Shown here piece by piece: positions 48,270 through 58,321 of a stretch of DNA of 64,000 nt (position 1 is its first letter; each line of letters opens with the position of its first letter). The notes under the pieces were generated by a model that saw only the letters and a list, made by a program, of their open reading frames with translations, was not told where the DNA came from and searched no databases. This DNA comes from an uncultured beta proteobacterium (lineage in GTDB: Bacteria; Pseudomonadota; Gammaproteobacteria; Burkholderiales; SG8-39). The stretch is from contig CAWHUZ010000001.1 in NCBI GenBank assembly GCA_963832685.1, positions 101,800-165,799 on the forward strand, read 5' to 3'. Both the position numbers and the translations under genes were made by a program.

Positions 48270-49838
48270 TCAGGCCGCCTTGCGCGCGGCCGTTGCGCGG
48301 CGCACGAATCGCATCGGTTTGGCCTTGGGCGGCAGCGGCGCGATGCCGTGCGCGACGAGCGAGCCTTCGAGGCCGCGTCCCTCGGGGTCTGCGAGCGCAG
48401 CCTCGCGCGCCTTGCGGATCGCAATGGCGCGTTCGGTCGCATCGGTCACCGCGCTGCCCTCGACCAGCGTATCCATGATGCGCAGGAGATTGTCCCTGCC
48501 TCGCTGGTGCGTTTCGCCGTAGCCCTTGATCAGCCGCCCGCAAAGCGCGATCTCAAGCGCGAGCGCCGGCTCGCGAGCGCCGGCGCGGATCGCGCCGAGC
48601 CAGCGCTCGATCAGAACCTGCTCGTCCGCGTAGCGCGCGCTCATTCGGCGCCAGGGGCGCAGCAGCGCGAGCAGCCGCAGCGTCAGGAACCCGCTCAGGC
48701 TCGTGGTCTTGACCTGCATGCCGACGTTCAGCCGTCGTGCGAAGCCGTGCCGCGCGGCCCAGCGCATGAGTCCGCGCGACAGCCTGCGCGGCAACAGTGC
48801 CGCGACCTCTTCCAGGCCGGGTTTGAGGAACTCGATGATGTGTAAGGGCTCGCCGGGCACCGCCCGCACCTCGCGCCGGACCCTTTCGAAGCGACTGCGG
48901 CGCGTTTTCAGGTCGGCGACCCGGATCACGTCCTCGTAGCACATCCATAGCGCGAGGAAGCGCCCGGTCTCGTTGGTGAGCTTGGAGCCGGCCGCGGCGC
49001 CGTCCTGCTCGCGCTCGAGCTTCGCGATCGGTTCGAGGCGGTCGAGGTACAGCGCGCCGTAAGCTGCGTCCTGGTAGCCTGCGCAGCGCTCGGCGCCCAG
49101 TTCAAGGACGGCGTGGGTCTCGGCGGGGAAGGTCCCGCGCACGCGCTCGAGCGGCGGTGCGTGCGGGCGACTGGAGTCGCCCGGCGCGGGCGCCGCGGGC
49201 GCGCCCGCGCCGGCGCCGGAGTAGCCGGCGGCGAACCCTCGCAGGCTCGCCTCGGCGCCCTTGCCCGCGCCGCGGATCGCAGCCTCGCAGCTTGCGCGCG
49301 GCAGCGGCAGCGCTCCCGATCCCGCGAGCGCGCCGAACATGACCGCGCTGATCACGGTGCCGGCCTCGCGCGCGAGAGAGTGCATGTCGAACAGCAGCGC
49401 CCGCTTCGCGAGCGCACGCGCCGCCTCGAGAATCCGCTCGCTGTCGAGCCGTCCGTCGCCCATCGCCAGCTTCTCGACCGTGGTGTAGACGCGGTGCGTC
49501 GACGCGATCAGGGCAGTACGGTCCGGGGTGACGAATCCGTTCTGCAGCGCGCGCGCCGCCTCGAGCAGCTCGGAGGCGATCATCACGTCGACGTCACCGG
49601 GGGACGGCGCGAGCGTCATGACCGGGCGCCGCCCGCCGAGCTCTGCCGCGCGGACCGGATAGATCTCGAGGTAGTAGGTCGTCGCGCCGGTGCGCTGCGC
49701 GACGCCCGGGATCGAGGTGCTCTGCACCGGGTACCCCTGCGCGACGGCCGCGGCGAGGATCCAGTCGGCAAGCACGCCGCCGCCTTCGCCACCTAGGGCG
49801 GCGATCAGCACCGTGATGGGACGTGCAGGCAGGTTCAT
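48270..49838 (-). CDS. iorB: Indolepyruvate/2-oxoacid:ferredoxin oxidoreductase, beta subunit
   Basis: Within ORF 48270..49901. ATG 49838 preceded by GGAGGGG. MNLPARPITVLIAALGGEGGGVLADW. Stop lies 2 nt before the iorA start. Confidence 0.85.
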   Translation of the reverse strand: MNLPARPITVLIAALGGEGGGVLADWILAAAVAQGYPVQSTSIPGVAQRTGATTYYLEIYPVRAAELGGRRPVMTLAPSPGDVDVMIASELLEAARALQNGFVTPDRTALIASTHRVYTTVEKLAMGDGRLDSERILEAARALAKRALLFDMHSLAREAGTVISAVMFGALAGSGALPLPRASCEAAIRGAGKGAEASLRGFAAGYSGAGAGAPAAPAPGDSSRPHAPPLERVRGTFPAETHAVLELGAERCAGYQDAAYGALYLDRLEPIAKLEREQDGAAAGSKLTNETGRFLALWMCYEDVIRVADLKTRRSRFERVRREVRAVPGEPLHIIEFLKPGLEEVAALLPRRLSRGLMRWAARHGFARRLNVGMQVKTTSLSGFLTLRLLALLRPWRRMSARYADEQVLIERWLGAIRAGAREPALALEIALCGRLIKGYGETHQRGRDNLLRIMDTLVEGSAVTDATERAIAIRKAREAALADPEGRGLEGSLVAHGIAPLPPKAKPMRFVRRATAARKAA

Positions 49839-49862
49839 CGGGCCCCTCCGAGAGAGCAAGGC

Positions 49863-49890
49863 TAAGGGCGCACCCTTATATTTGTCAAAT
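49863..49890. promoter_or_regulatory. Two short palindromes, candidate LysR operator(s), in the divergent iorB/lysR control region
   Basis: TAAGGG-CGCA-CCCTTA (49863..49878) and ATTTG-T-CAAAT (49880..49890), in the 81-nt gap between the divergent start codons. Confidence 0.35.
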
Positions 49891-49919
49891 TGATGCGACA
49901 CATGATATTAATCACCAAT

Positions 49920-50852
49920 ATGAATGTTTCGAACCTCGATCTCAACCTGTTGCGAGTGCTCGACGCGGTGCTGCGCGAGCGCAGCGTCACCGCCGCCGCG
50001 GCGCGCCTCGGGCTGACCCAGCCCGCGGTGTCGAACGCGCTCGCGCGGCTGCGTGCGGCGTTCGGCGACACGCTGTTCGTGCGCACGCCTTCGGGCATGG
50101 CGCCGACGCCTTTTGCGCGCGACCTGGACGACCCGGTGCGCCAGGCGCTGGCGTTGATCGAATCGGCGCTCGCGCACGGCGGCGGCTTCGATCCCGCGAC
50201 CTCGAAGCGCGCGTTCCGCTTCTACATGTCGGACCTGGGCGAGATATCGTTCCTGCCGGCGCTGGTTGAGCACGTGCGCCGTCGTGCGCCGGGTGTGTAC
50301 CTCGAAGCCCTGGGGCTGCCGCTGGAGTCGATCGACGAAGGGCTTGCCAGCGGCACGCTCGACATCGCGGTCGGCTTCCTGCCCGGGCTCGCCGCGCCGG
50401 TGCGGCGCCGGCGGCTGTTCCGCGACCCCTACGTCTGCCTGATGCGAAGCGACCACCCGCGCATCAGCGCGCGCCTGACGCGAAAGCTCTTCCTGGAGGC
50501 CTCGCATGCGCTCGTGTCGTCGACCGGGAGCGGGCACCGCGTGATCGAGGAGGCGCTTGAGCGCGCCGGCGTGACGCGCCGCATTGCCTTGCGGGTGCCG
50601 CATTTCACCGTGGTGCCGATGGTGCTCGCCCGCACCGACCTGCTGCTCACGCTGCCTGGCCAGGTGGCGCGCGCCTACGAGGCCGACGGGCGCTTCAAGT
50701 CGCTGCCGGTGCCGCTGCCGATTCCGCCGGCCGAGGTGGCGGTGCACTGGCACGAGCGCTTCGAGCGCGACCCCGGCAATCGCTGGCTGCGCGAGCTGCT
50801 GGTCGAGCCTATTCGCGCAGTAGCGGCCGGCTGCGCCGCACGAAAGGGGTAA
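49920..50852 (+). CDS. LysR-family transcriptional regulator
   Basis: MNVSNLDLNLLRVLDAVLRERSVTAAAARLGLTQPAVSNALARLR, a winged HTH, followed by a LysR substrate-binding domain. Within ORF 49890..50852. Confidence 0.9.
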   Translation: MNVSNLDLNLLRVLDAVLRERSVTAAAARLGLTQPAVSNALARLRAAFGDTLFVRTPSGMAPTPFARDLDDPVRQALALIESALAHGGGFDPATSKRAFRFYMSDLGEISFLPALVEHVRRRAPGVYLEALGLPLESIDEGLASGTLDIAVGFLPGLAAPVRRRRLFRDPYVCLMRSDHPRISARLTRKLFLEASHALVSSTGSGHRVIEEALERAGVTRRIALRVPHFTVVPMVLARTDLLLTLPGQVARAYEADGRFKSLPVPLPIPPAEVAVHWHERFERDPGNRWLRELLVEPIRAVAAGCAARKG

Positions 50853-51747
50853 GCGCGAGCGGCGCAAAGTACATCGGGATCTGCGCAATCCCGACGTAGA
50901 GGGAAAAGGCCGGACCCGCGGTGCCTGCAGTGATCGCCAGCATCAGGCCCATGTTGCGGTTGCCGCTCAGCAGCGCCGCGCCATAGGCCGCGGCGATCCC
51001 GGCGCGACGGAACAGGGCGAAGCCCGCCAGGTGCAGCAGGGCGGTCGCGACGCAGGCAGCGAGCAGCAGGACGCCGATGTACAGCGGATCGCGCAGCAGG
51101 CGCGCCGTGACGCCGTCCATCACCGCGATCGCGAATACCACCAGCAGCAGCACGTTGGCGCCGGCGAGCAGATCGTCGTTGCGCGCCAGGCGCGCCGCGC
51201 CCACGGCGCGCCGCAGCCCCCAGGCGAGCACGAAGGGCGCCGCCACCAGCAGCGTCACGCGCACGAAGAAAGCCGCCAAATCGACGTTCAGCCCGGCCTT
51301 GGGCAGCAGCCAGCCGACCAGCGGCGTCAGGGTGAGCGGCAGCAGCAGCGTCGCCGCGACCGTGCCCAGCACCGCCAGCACGCCGTCCAGCCCGAGGATC
51401 ATGGCGAACACCGCCGCCGAGCCGATCGGTGGCGCGGCCGCCTGCAGCACCAGCACCAGCCGCAGGTCGGGCGGCAGCCCCGCAAGCGCTGTGCCGAGCC
51501 ACACCACGAGCGGCGAGGCGACCAGCTGCCACAGCGCGATCGTCGCCGGCAGCGCCGGGCGCCGCAGCCCGTCGGCGAGCCGGCCCCAGTCCAGGCGCAG
51601 CAGCGCCGCGGTAAGCGTGCCGATCACCGCGGGCGTCAGCAGCGGGCGCAGCAGCGCGGCCAGGTCGGGCAGCGCGATGCCGACGAACACGCCCGCAGGG
51701 AGCGCCCAGCGCGCCTGGCGGCCGAGGAATCCGAGCAGATTGCGCAA
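50809..51747 (-). CDS. Polytopic membrane protein, probable secondary transporter (bile acid:Na+ symporter-like)
   Basis: 312 aa, 8-10 hydrophobic helices. Family assignment is tentative. Confidence 0.6.
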   Translation of the reverse strand: MRNLLGFLGRQARWALPAGVFVGIALPDLAALLRPLLTPAVIGTLTAALLRLDWGRLADGLRRPALPATIALWQLVASPLVVWLGTALAGLPPDLRLVLVLQAAAPPIGSAAVFAMILGLDGVLAVLGTVAATLLLPLTLTPLVGWLLPKAGLNVDLAAFFVRVTLLVAAPFVLAWGLRRAVGAARLARNDDLLAGANVLLLVVFAIAVMDGVTARLLRDPLYIGVLLLAACVATALLHLAGFALFRRAGIAAAYGAALLSGNRNMGLMLAITAGTAGPAFSLYVGIAQIPMYFAPLALTPFVRRSRPLLRE

Positions 51748-51759
51748 CGCAGTTCCGGG

Positions 51760-53184
51760 TCAGGCCTTGTTGCGGCGGTCTTTGATGCGCTTCGCCTTGA
51801 ACTCGGTCTTGGGCAAGGTATCGGGCGGCAGGACTTCGACGCCGACCCGCAACTCGATGCGCGAGCTGACCGCGTTCTGCAGGGCGGCGACCACGGCCCG
51901 GGGCTGTTGGTAGTCCGCGTGCTCGACCAGAACGGTCATGAAGTCGATCCCCTCCTGGTTGGTATCGAGCACCACCTCGTACTCGTCGCCGACTCCCGCC
52001 ACCGAGCGCACCGCCTCCTCCAGCACCGACGGATAGAACTTGATCGCGCGCAGATTGATCAGATCATCCGCGCGGCCCTGGAACCCGCCGATCGCGCGCA
52101 CGTGGGTGCGCCCGCAGGCGCAGCGCGCGCTGTCGAACACGGTGTAGTCGCCGACCACGAAGCGCAGCTGCGACGAGCTCTCGGAATTCATGTTGGTGCA
52201 CAGCGTGATGCCGCGCTCGCCCTCGGGCACGCGCTTGCCGGTGTCGGGATCGATCAGCTCCCAGACCTGGAAGTCCTCCATCAGGTGCGTCTGGACGCGC
52301 CCGTCCGCGCGAAGCGCCTCCGGGCAGGAGTAACCGCCGGAATGCGGCGCGGCTTCGGTGCAGCCGTAGAACTCGACCAGCTTTGCGCCCCACAAGTCCT
52401 CGAGCCGCTCGCGCGTGGCCTTGATGCCCGCGGCCGGCTCGCCGCCGGTAAACAGCGTCTTGATCGAAGTCTTGCGCGGATCGTGCCCCATCTGCTGCAT
52501 GGTGCGACCCAGGCGCAGCAGTTGCGAGGGCAGGGTGGCGAGTATGGTCGGCTTGTAGCGCAGGATGATGTTGCAGCGAAGCTCGGCAGTCAGCCCGCCG
52601 CCGGGAATGCACGGCACGCCCATGTGCGCGAGCGCGTGCAGCACGCCCCAGGCCCACACGTGGGGGCCGAAGCCGACCACCAGGAACACTTTCTCGCCGC
52701 GTCTCGCCCCGAGCGACCACAAGGCGCGCGCGTTGGCCCACTGCCATTGCCTGAGGTCGAACTGCGAGTAGCGGAAGATGCGCGGCAGGCCCGTCGTACC
52801 GGAGGTCGGGAACAGGGTCCAGCCGCGCTGGTCCCAGATCTCGTCGTCATGCGTGGTGTAGGTGCCCCAGGGCGGATTCGCCAGCAGGTCTTCGGCCATC
52901 TCCTTCTTGTCCACCGGCGGCCACTTCACCAGGTCGTCCACGGTGCGGATGTCGGTGGGGGCGAGTCCGAGCCTGTCGAATCGGCGGCGATAGAACGCCG
53001 AGTTCTCGTACAGGAAAGGCGTCAGCACCGAGAGCTTCTCGTCCTGCAGCGCGCGCAGTTCGTCGCGCGAAGCGCAGTCGAGCGACGGCGACCAGTACTC
53101 GGCCGATCCCGGCTGCTCGAAGTCGCGCCGGTGCCTTTCCAGCGTCTCGAGCCATTTCTGCGCGGGTGGCTTGCTTGCGATCAA
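51760..53184 (-). CDS. Phenylacetate-CoA ligase-like (PaaK/F390-synthetase family) adenylate-forming enzyme; start region anomalous
   Basis: ORF 51760..53373. PTSGTTGLPRIF P-loop, GGEP, YGCTEA and GRADDLINLRAIKFYP motifs. First plausible in-frame start is TTG 53184; a better ATG with an SD at 53194 is out of frame. Confidence 0.8.
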   Translation of the reverse strand: MIASKPPAQKWLETLERHRRDFEQPGSAEYWSPSLDCASRDELRALQDEKLSVLTPFLYENSAFYRRRFDRLGLAPTDIRTVDDLVKWPPVDKKEMAEDLLANPPWGTYTTHDDEIWDQRGWTLFPTSGTTGLPRIFRYSQFDLRQWQWANARALWSLGARRGEKVFLVVGFGPHVWAWGVLHALAHMGVPCIPGGGLTAELRCNIILRYKPTILATLPSQLLRLGRTMQQMGHDPRKTSIKTLFTGGEPAAGIKATRERLEDLWGAKLVEFYGCTEAAPHSGGYSCPEALRADGRVQTHLMEDFQVWELIDPDTGKRVPEGERGITLCTNMNSESSSQLRFVVGDYTVFDSARCACGRTHVRAIGGFQGRADDLINLRAIKFYPSVLEEAVRSVAGVGDEYEVVLDTNQEGIDFMTVLVEHADYQQPRAVVAALQNAVSSRIELRVGVEVLPPDTLPKTEFKAKRIKDRRNKA

Positions 53185-53226
53185 TGGTGGCCATGGCGCT
53201 CCTCCGTCGAAGCCCCATAGAATACC

Positions 53227-54354
53227 GTGGCCATGAACGCATCGATCCAGGCAAACGGCCGGCCGCCTTTTCGCGCCGACCACATCGGCAGCCTGCTGCG
53301 CCCGCAGAAGCTGCGCCAGGCGTTTCGCGAGCACGCTGAAGGGAAGCTGGCGGATCGCCGAATTTCGCGCCATTCAGGACCAGGCGATCCGCGAGGTCGC
53401 TGCAGCTGCAGCAGGACTGCGGCCTGCAGCTGGCGACCGACGGCGAATTCCGCCGCACCTCGTACTGGGCGCGCTTCGTCGAGCTGACCGACGGCCTGGA
53501 AGTCAGGCAAGCGCGCTTCAAGTTCCACGACGACCATGGTCACGAGACGGACTTCACCGCGCCGCACGTGGTCGGGCGGGTCCGCCGCGGCAAGCCGATC
53601 GCGCTGGACGAGTATCGCTTCGTTGCGGGAATCACTCGCGCCACGCCGAAGATCACCATGCCTGCGCCCTCGACCATGCACTTCTGGCGCGGAGCCCGCT
53701 ACGCCGAAGCGGGCGTATACGCCGGGCCCGAAGAGTTCTTTGCCGACCTGGGGCGCGTCTATCAGCAGGAAATCGCCGACCTGGCGGCGGCGGGTGCGCG
53801 CTACGTGCAGCTGGACGAGGTTGCACTGGCGATGCTCTGCGACCCCGCGGCGCGCGCAAAGGTCGAGGCCGAAGGCGAGAGCCCGGAGAGGCTGGTCGAT
53901 CTGTACGTGGGGGCGATCAACGAGGCGGTGCGCGACCGGCCGGCCGGGATGGTGATCGGGGTGCACATGTGTCGCGGCAACTACAAGGGCAAGTACCTCG
54001 CCGAGGGCGGCTACGATTCGGTCGCGGAGAAGCTGTTCGGCGGCGCGCAGGTAAACCACTTCCTGCTCGAGTTCGATACGCCGCGCGCCGGGGATTTCGC
54101 GCCGCTGCGCTTCATGCCCAAGGACAAGGGCGTGGTGCTCGGAATGGTGAGCTCGAAAACGCCGCAGCTGGAGAGCCTGGATCTGCTCAAGCGCAGGGCC
54201 GAAGAAGCGGCGCGAGTACGTCGATGCGGCACGGCTCGCGCTCAGCCCTCAATGCGGCTTCGCCAGCACCATGGGCGGCAACCCGGTGACCGAGGCCGAC
54301 GAGCGCGCGAAACTGAAGCTGTGCGTCGACGCGGCGCGCGCGATCTGGGGCTAG
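53227..54354 (+). pseudogene. Cobalamin-independent methionine synthase II (MetE C-terminal-like) family gene, split over three reading frames
   Basis: Homologous segments: 53227 to about 53358 (PPFRADHIGSLLRP), about 53360-53404 (EFRAIQDQAIREVA), about 53406-54215 (LQQDCGLQLATDGEFRR...HMCRGNY...) and 54217-54354 (YVDAARLALSPQCGFAS...AIWG*). Confidence 0.8.
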
Positions 54355-54373
54355 GCGAGACTAGAATCGCGGC

Positions 54374-56092
54374 ATGGACAAAGAAAAGCCGAAGGGCCTC
54401 GGGCGCGGCCTCACGAACTACGGCGACGCGGGGTTCTCGCTTTACCTGCGGCGCTCGTTCGCCAAGAGCATGGGCTACTCGGGCGAGATGCTGGCGCGGC
54501 CGACGATCGGCATCGCCGACTCGAGAAGCGGCTACAACAACTGCCACCGCCACTTCCCCGAGCTGATCGACGCGGTCAAGCGCGGCGTGCTCGCCGCGGG
54601 CGGGCTGCCGCTCGAATTCCCCACCGTGTCGCTGGGCGAAGTGTTCCTGTCGCCCACCTCGATGATGTTCCGCAACCTGATGGCGATGGACACCGAGGAG
54701 ATGGTGCGCGCGCAGCCGATGGATGCGGTGGTGCTGGTGGGAGGCTGCGACAAGACCGTCCCCGCGCAACTGATGGGCGCCGCCTCGGCCGACCGTCCCG
54801 CGGTACAGCTGCTCGCCGGGCCGATGATGCCGACCTCGTTCCGCGGCGAGCGCCTCGGTGCATGCACCGACTGCCGCCGCTTCTGGGCCATGCACCGCGC
54901 CGGCAACGGTCGACGCGCGCGGGATCGAGGAGGTCGAGGGCAACCTCGCCACCACCGCCGGCACCTGCGCGGTGATGGGCACGGCCTCGACCATGGCCGC
55001 GCTCGCCGAGGCGCTGGGCATGGCGCTGCCGGGAACCGCCGCGATTCCCGCAGTGCACGCCGACCGGCTGCGCGCGGCGGAGGCGAGCGGTCGGCGCGCG
55101 GTCGAGCTGGCGCAGAACCCGATCCGGCCGTCGCAGGTGATCACCGAAAAGTCGATCGCGAACGCGCTGCGCGTGCTGCTCGCGATCGGCGGCTCGACCA
55201 ACGCGATCGTGCACCTCACCGCGATCGCGGGCCGGGTCGGGGTCAAGATCGACCTGAAGGCGCTTGAACGCGCTGTCCGACAGCACCCCGGTGCTGATCG
55301 ACCTCAAGCCCACCGGGCAGCACTACATGTCGGACCTGCACTTCGCCGGCGGGCTGGGCGCGGTGCTGCGGGAACTCAAGCCGCTGCTCAATCTCGATTG
55401 CCATGACGGTGGCGGGCGAGACGCTCGGCGAGCGGCTCGAGCGCGAAGAGCGGGCCGGCGCGCCCTGGGTCGACCGCGCCGTGGTCAGGCCTTTCGCCGA
55501 GCCGCTGGCGAAGGAGGGCGGCCTGGTGGCGCTGTTCGGTTCGCTGGCGCCGAATGGCGCGATTCTGAAGCGCTCGGCGGCCGACCCGAAACTGTTCGAG
55601 AAGGAGGGGCGCGCGGTGGTGTTCAAGTCGCTCGACGACCTCGCCGCACGCATCGACGCGCCGGACCTGGACGTCACCGCGGACGATTTCCTGGTGCTGC
55701 AGAACGCCGGCCCGAAGAGCGGCTACGCGATGCCCGAGGCGGGCTACCTTCCGATCCCGGCCAAGCTCGCGCGCGCCGGGGTCAAGGACATGGTGAGGAT
55801 CTCGGACGCGCGCATGAGCGGCACCGCCTACGGCACGATCGTGCTGCACGTCTCGCCCGAGGCCGCGATCGGCGGTCCGCTCGCGCTGGTGCGCGACGGC
55901 GATCGCATCCGCCTCTCGGTGAAGAACCGCTGTATCGACCTGCTGGTGGCGGAAGACGAGCTTGCGCGCCGGCGCAGCGCGTGGCGAGCGCCGCCGCTGG
56001 CGCCGCCCGCGCGCGGCTACGCCAAGCTGTACATGGACCACGTGCTGCAGGCCGAGCACGGCTGCGACTTCGACTTCCTGCGCAAGGCCTAG
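54374..56092 (+). pseudogene. IlvD/Edd-family dehydratase (dihydroxy-acid / sugar-acid dehydratase) gene, split over four frame segments
   Basis: Consecutive homologous pieces lie in ORFs 54374.., 54858.., 55264.. and 55403..56092 (GGCDKTVPA; TTAGTCAVMGTASTMA; PVLIDLKPTGQHYMSDLHFAGG; RISDARMSGTAYGTIVLHVSPEAA). Confidence 0.85.
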
Positions 56093-56107
56093 GCCCATCG
56101 CGGACAC

Positions 56108-57243
<1,136 letters not shown>

Positions 57244-57247
<4 letters not shown>

Positions 57248-57822
57248 GCCCTGCGGCACGCAAGCGCTGCGCCTGGGCCACGAACCCGCTTTCCATCGCC
57301 TACCACGACCGAGAATGGGGCGTGCCGGTGCGCGACGATCGCAAGCTGTTCGAATTCCTGATACTGGAGGGCGCGCAGGCGGGGCTGTCGTGGGACACGA
57401 TCCTGCGCAAGCGCGAGCGCTACCGCGAGGTGTTCGACGGCTTCGATCCGGAAAAGGTCGCCCGCTACGGGGCCAGGAAGAAGGCGCAGCTGCTGTGCGA
57501 CGCGGGAATCGTGCGCAACCGCGCCAAGATCGAGGCGGCGGTGGGCAACGCGCGCGCGTTTCTCGCGGTGCGCGACGAGTTCGGCAGCTTCTCGCGCTAC
57601 GTCTGGGGTTTCGTCGGCGGCAAGCCGCTGCGCAATCGCCGCCTACGCGGCACGCCGGTGCCGGCGCGAACCGAGATATCCGACTCGTTGGCGAAGGATC
57701 TCAAACGGCGCGGTTTCAAGTTCGTCGGCTCGACGATCGTATATGCTTTCATGCAGGCGGTCGGCATGGTCGACGATCATGCGGTCGACTGCTTCCGCCG
57801 GCGCGCCGCCATGCGCAGATGA
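57244..57822 (+). CDS. tag: DNA-3-methyladenine glycosylase I
   Basis: C-terminal 192 aa of ORF 56551..57822. GTG overlaps the dehydrogenase stop (GTGA). [20 protein letters not shown]...EGAQAGLSW. Confidence 0.9.
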
Positions 57823-58319
57823 GAATCGTACCCTCACTCCTCTTCTTGCTGCTGTCGGGCACCCCTTGCGCCGCGCTCGCCTACGACGCGAACGGCGTCG
57901 CGCTCGGTGCCGGCGAGCGCGACGTCAAGGATGCGTTCCCGAGCGCACACTGCCAGCCGCTCGAATGGAAGTCGGTTGCGGCCGACCGGCGTTGCGACGA
58001 CGCGCGGATCGCCTTCGCCGGAGTTCGCGCGCGCATTACGTTCTATCTCAAGAACGATGCCGTGCAGGCGTTCGACGTGCGGTTCGACCCGGAAGACCGC
58101 GAGCGGGTGGTGCGCTACCTGAAATCGCGCTACGGCGAGCCGGCGTCGGAGCGCACGGAAGTCTTCCACAGGGAAGGCAAGCCCGACCGGGAGGTGTACA
58201 AAGTGCGTTGGGAAGACGGACGGGACAAGGCCTTGCTGTCGGCGCAGCTAGAGCGCAAGCACGCGCAGCTGGAGGTGTCGCGCGGTGACTTCGATCTGGA
58301 GATCTACAGAGTGAGGTAG
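57819..58319 (+). CDS. Small secreted hypothetical protein
   Basis: C-terminal 166 aa of ORF 57315..58319. ATGA overlap with tag. Signal peptide [21 protein letters not shown]. No recognisable domain. Confidence 0.6.
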   Translation: MRIVPSLLFLLLSGTPCAALAYDANGVALGAGERDVKDAFPSAHCQPLEWKSVAADRRCDDARIAFAGVRARITFYLKNDAVQAFDVRFDPEDRERVVRYLKSRYGEPASERTEVFHREGKPDREVYKVRWEDGRDKALLSAQLERKHAQLEVSRGDFDLEIYRVR

Positions 58320-58321
58320 CG

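Noticed and set aside
51031-53220. 729-aa plus-strand ORF spanning the transporter and ligase genes.
   Set aside because: It is antisense to two supported genes and extremely Arg/Gln/His-rich.
53184-55403. Programmed +1 ribosomal frameshifting or transcriptional slippage as the explanation for the seven frame breaks.
   Set aside because: I saw no common slippery heptamer, rare or hungry codon, stimulatory SD or downstream structure shared by the sites. Seven recoding events in three unrelated enzymes would be unprecedented. This is kept only as a remote alternative under the cluster finding.
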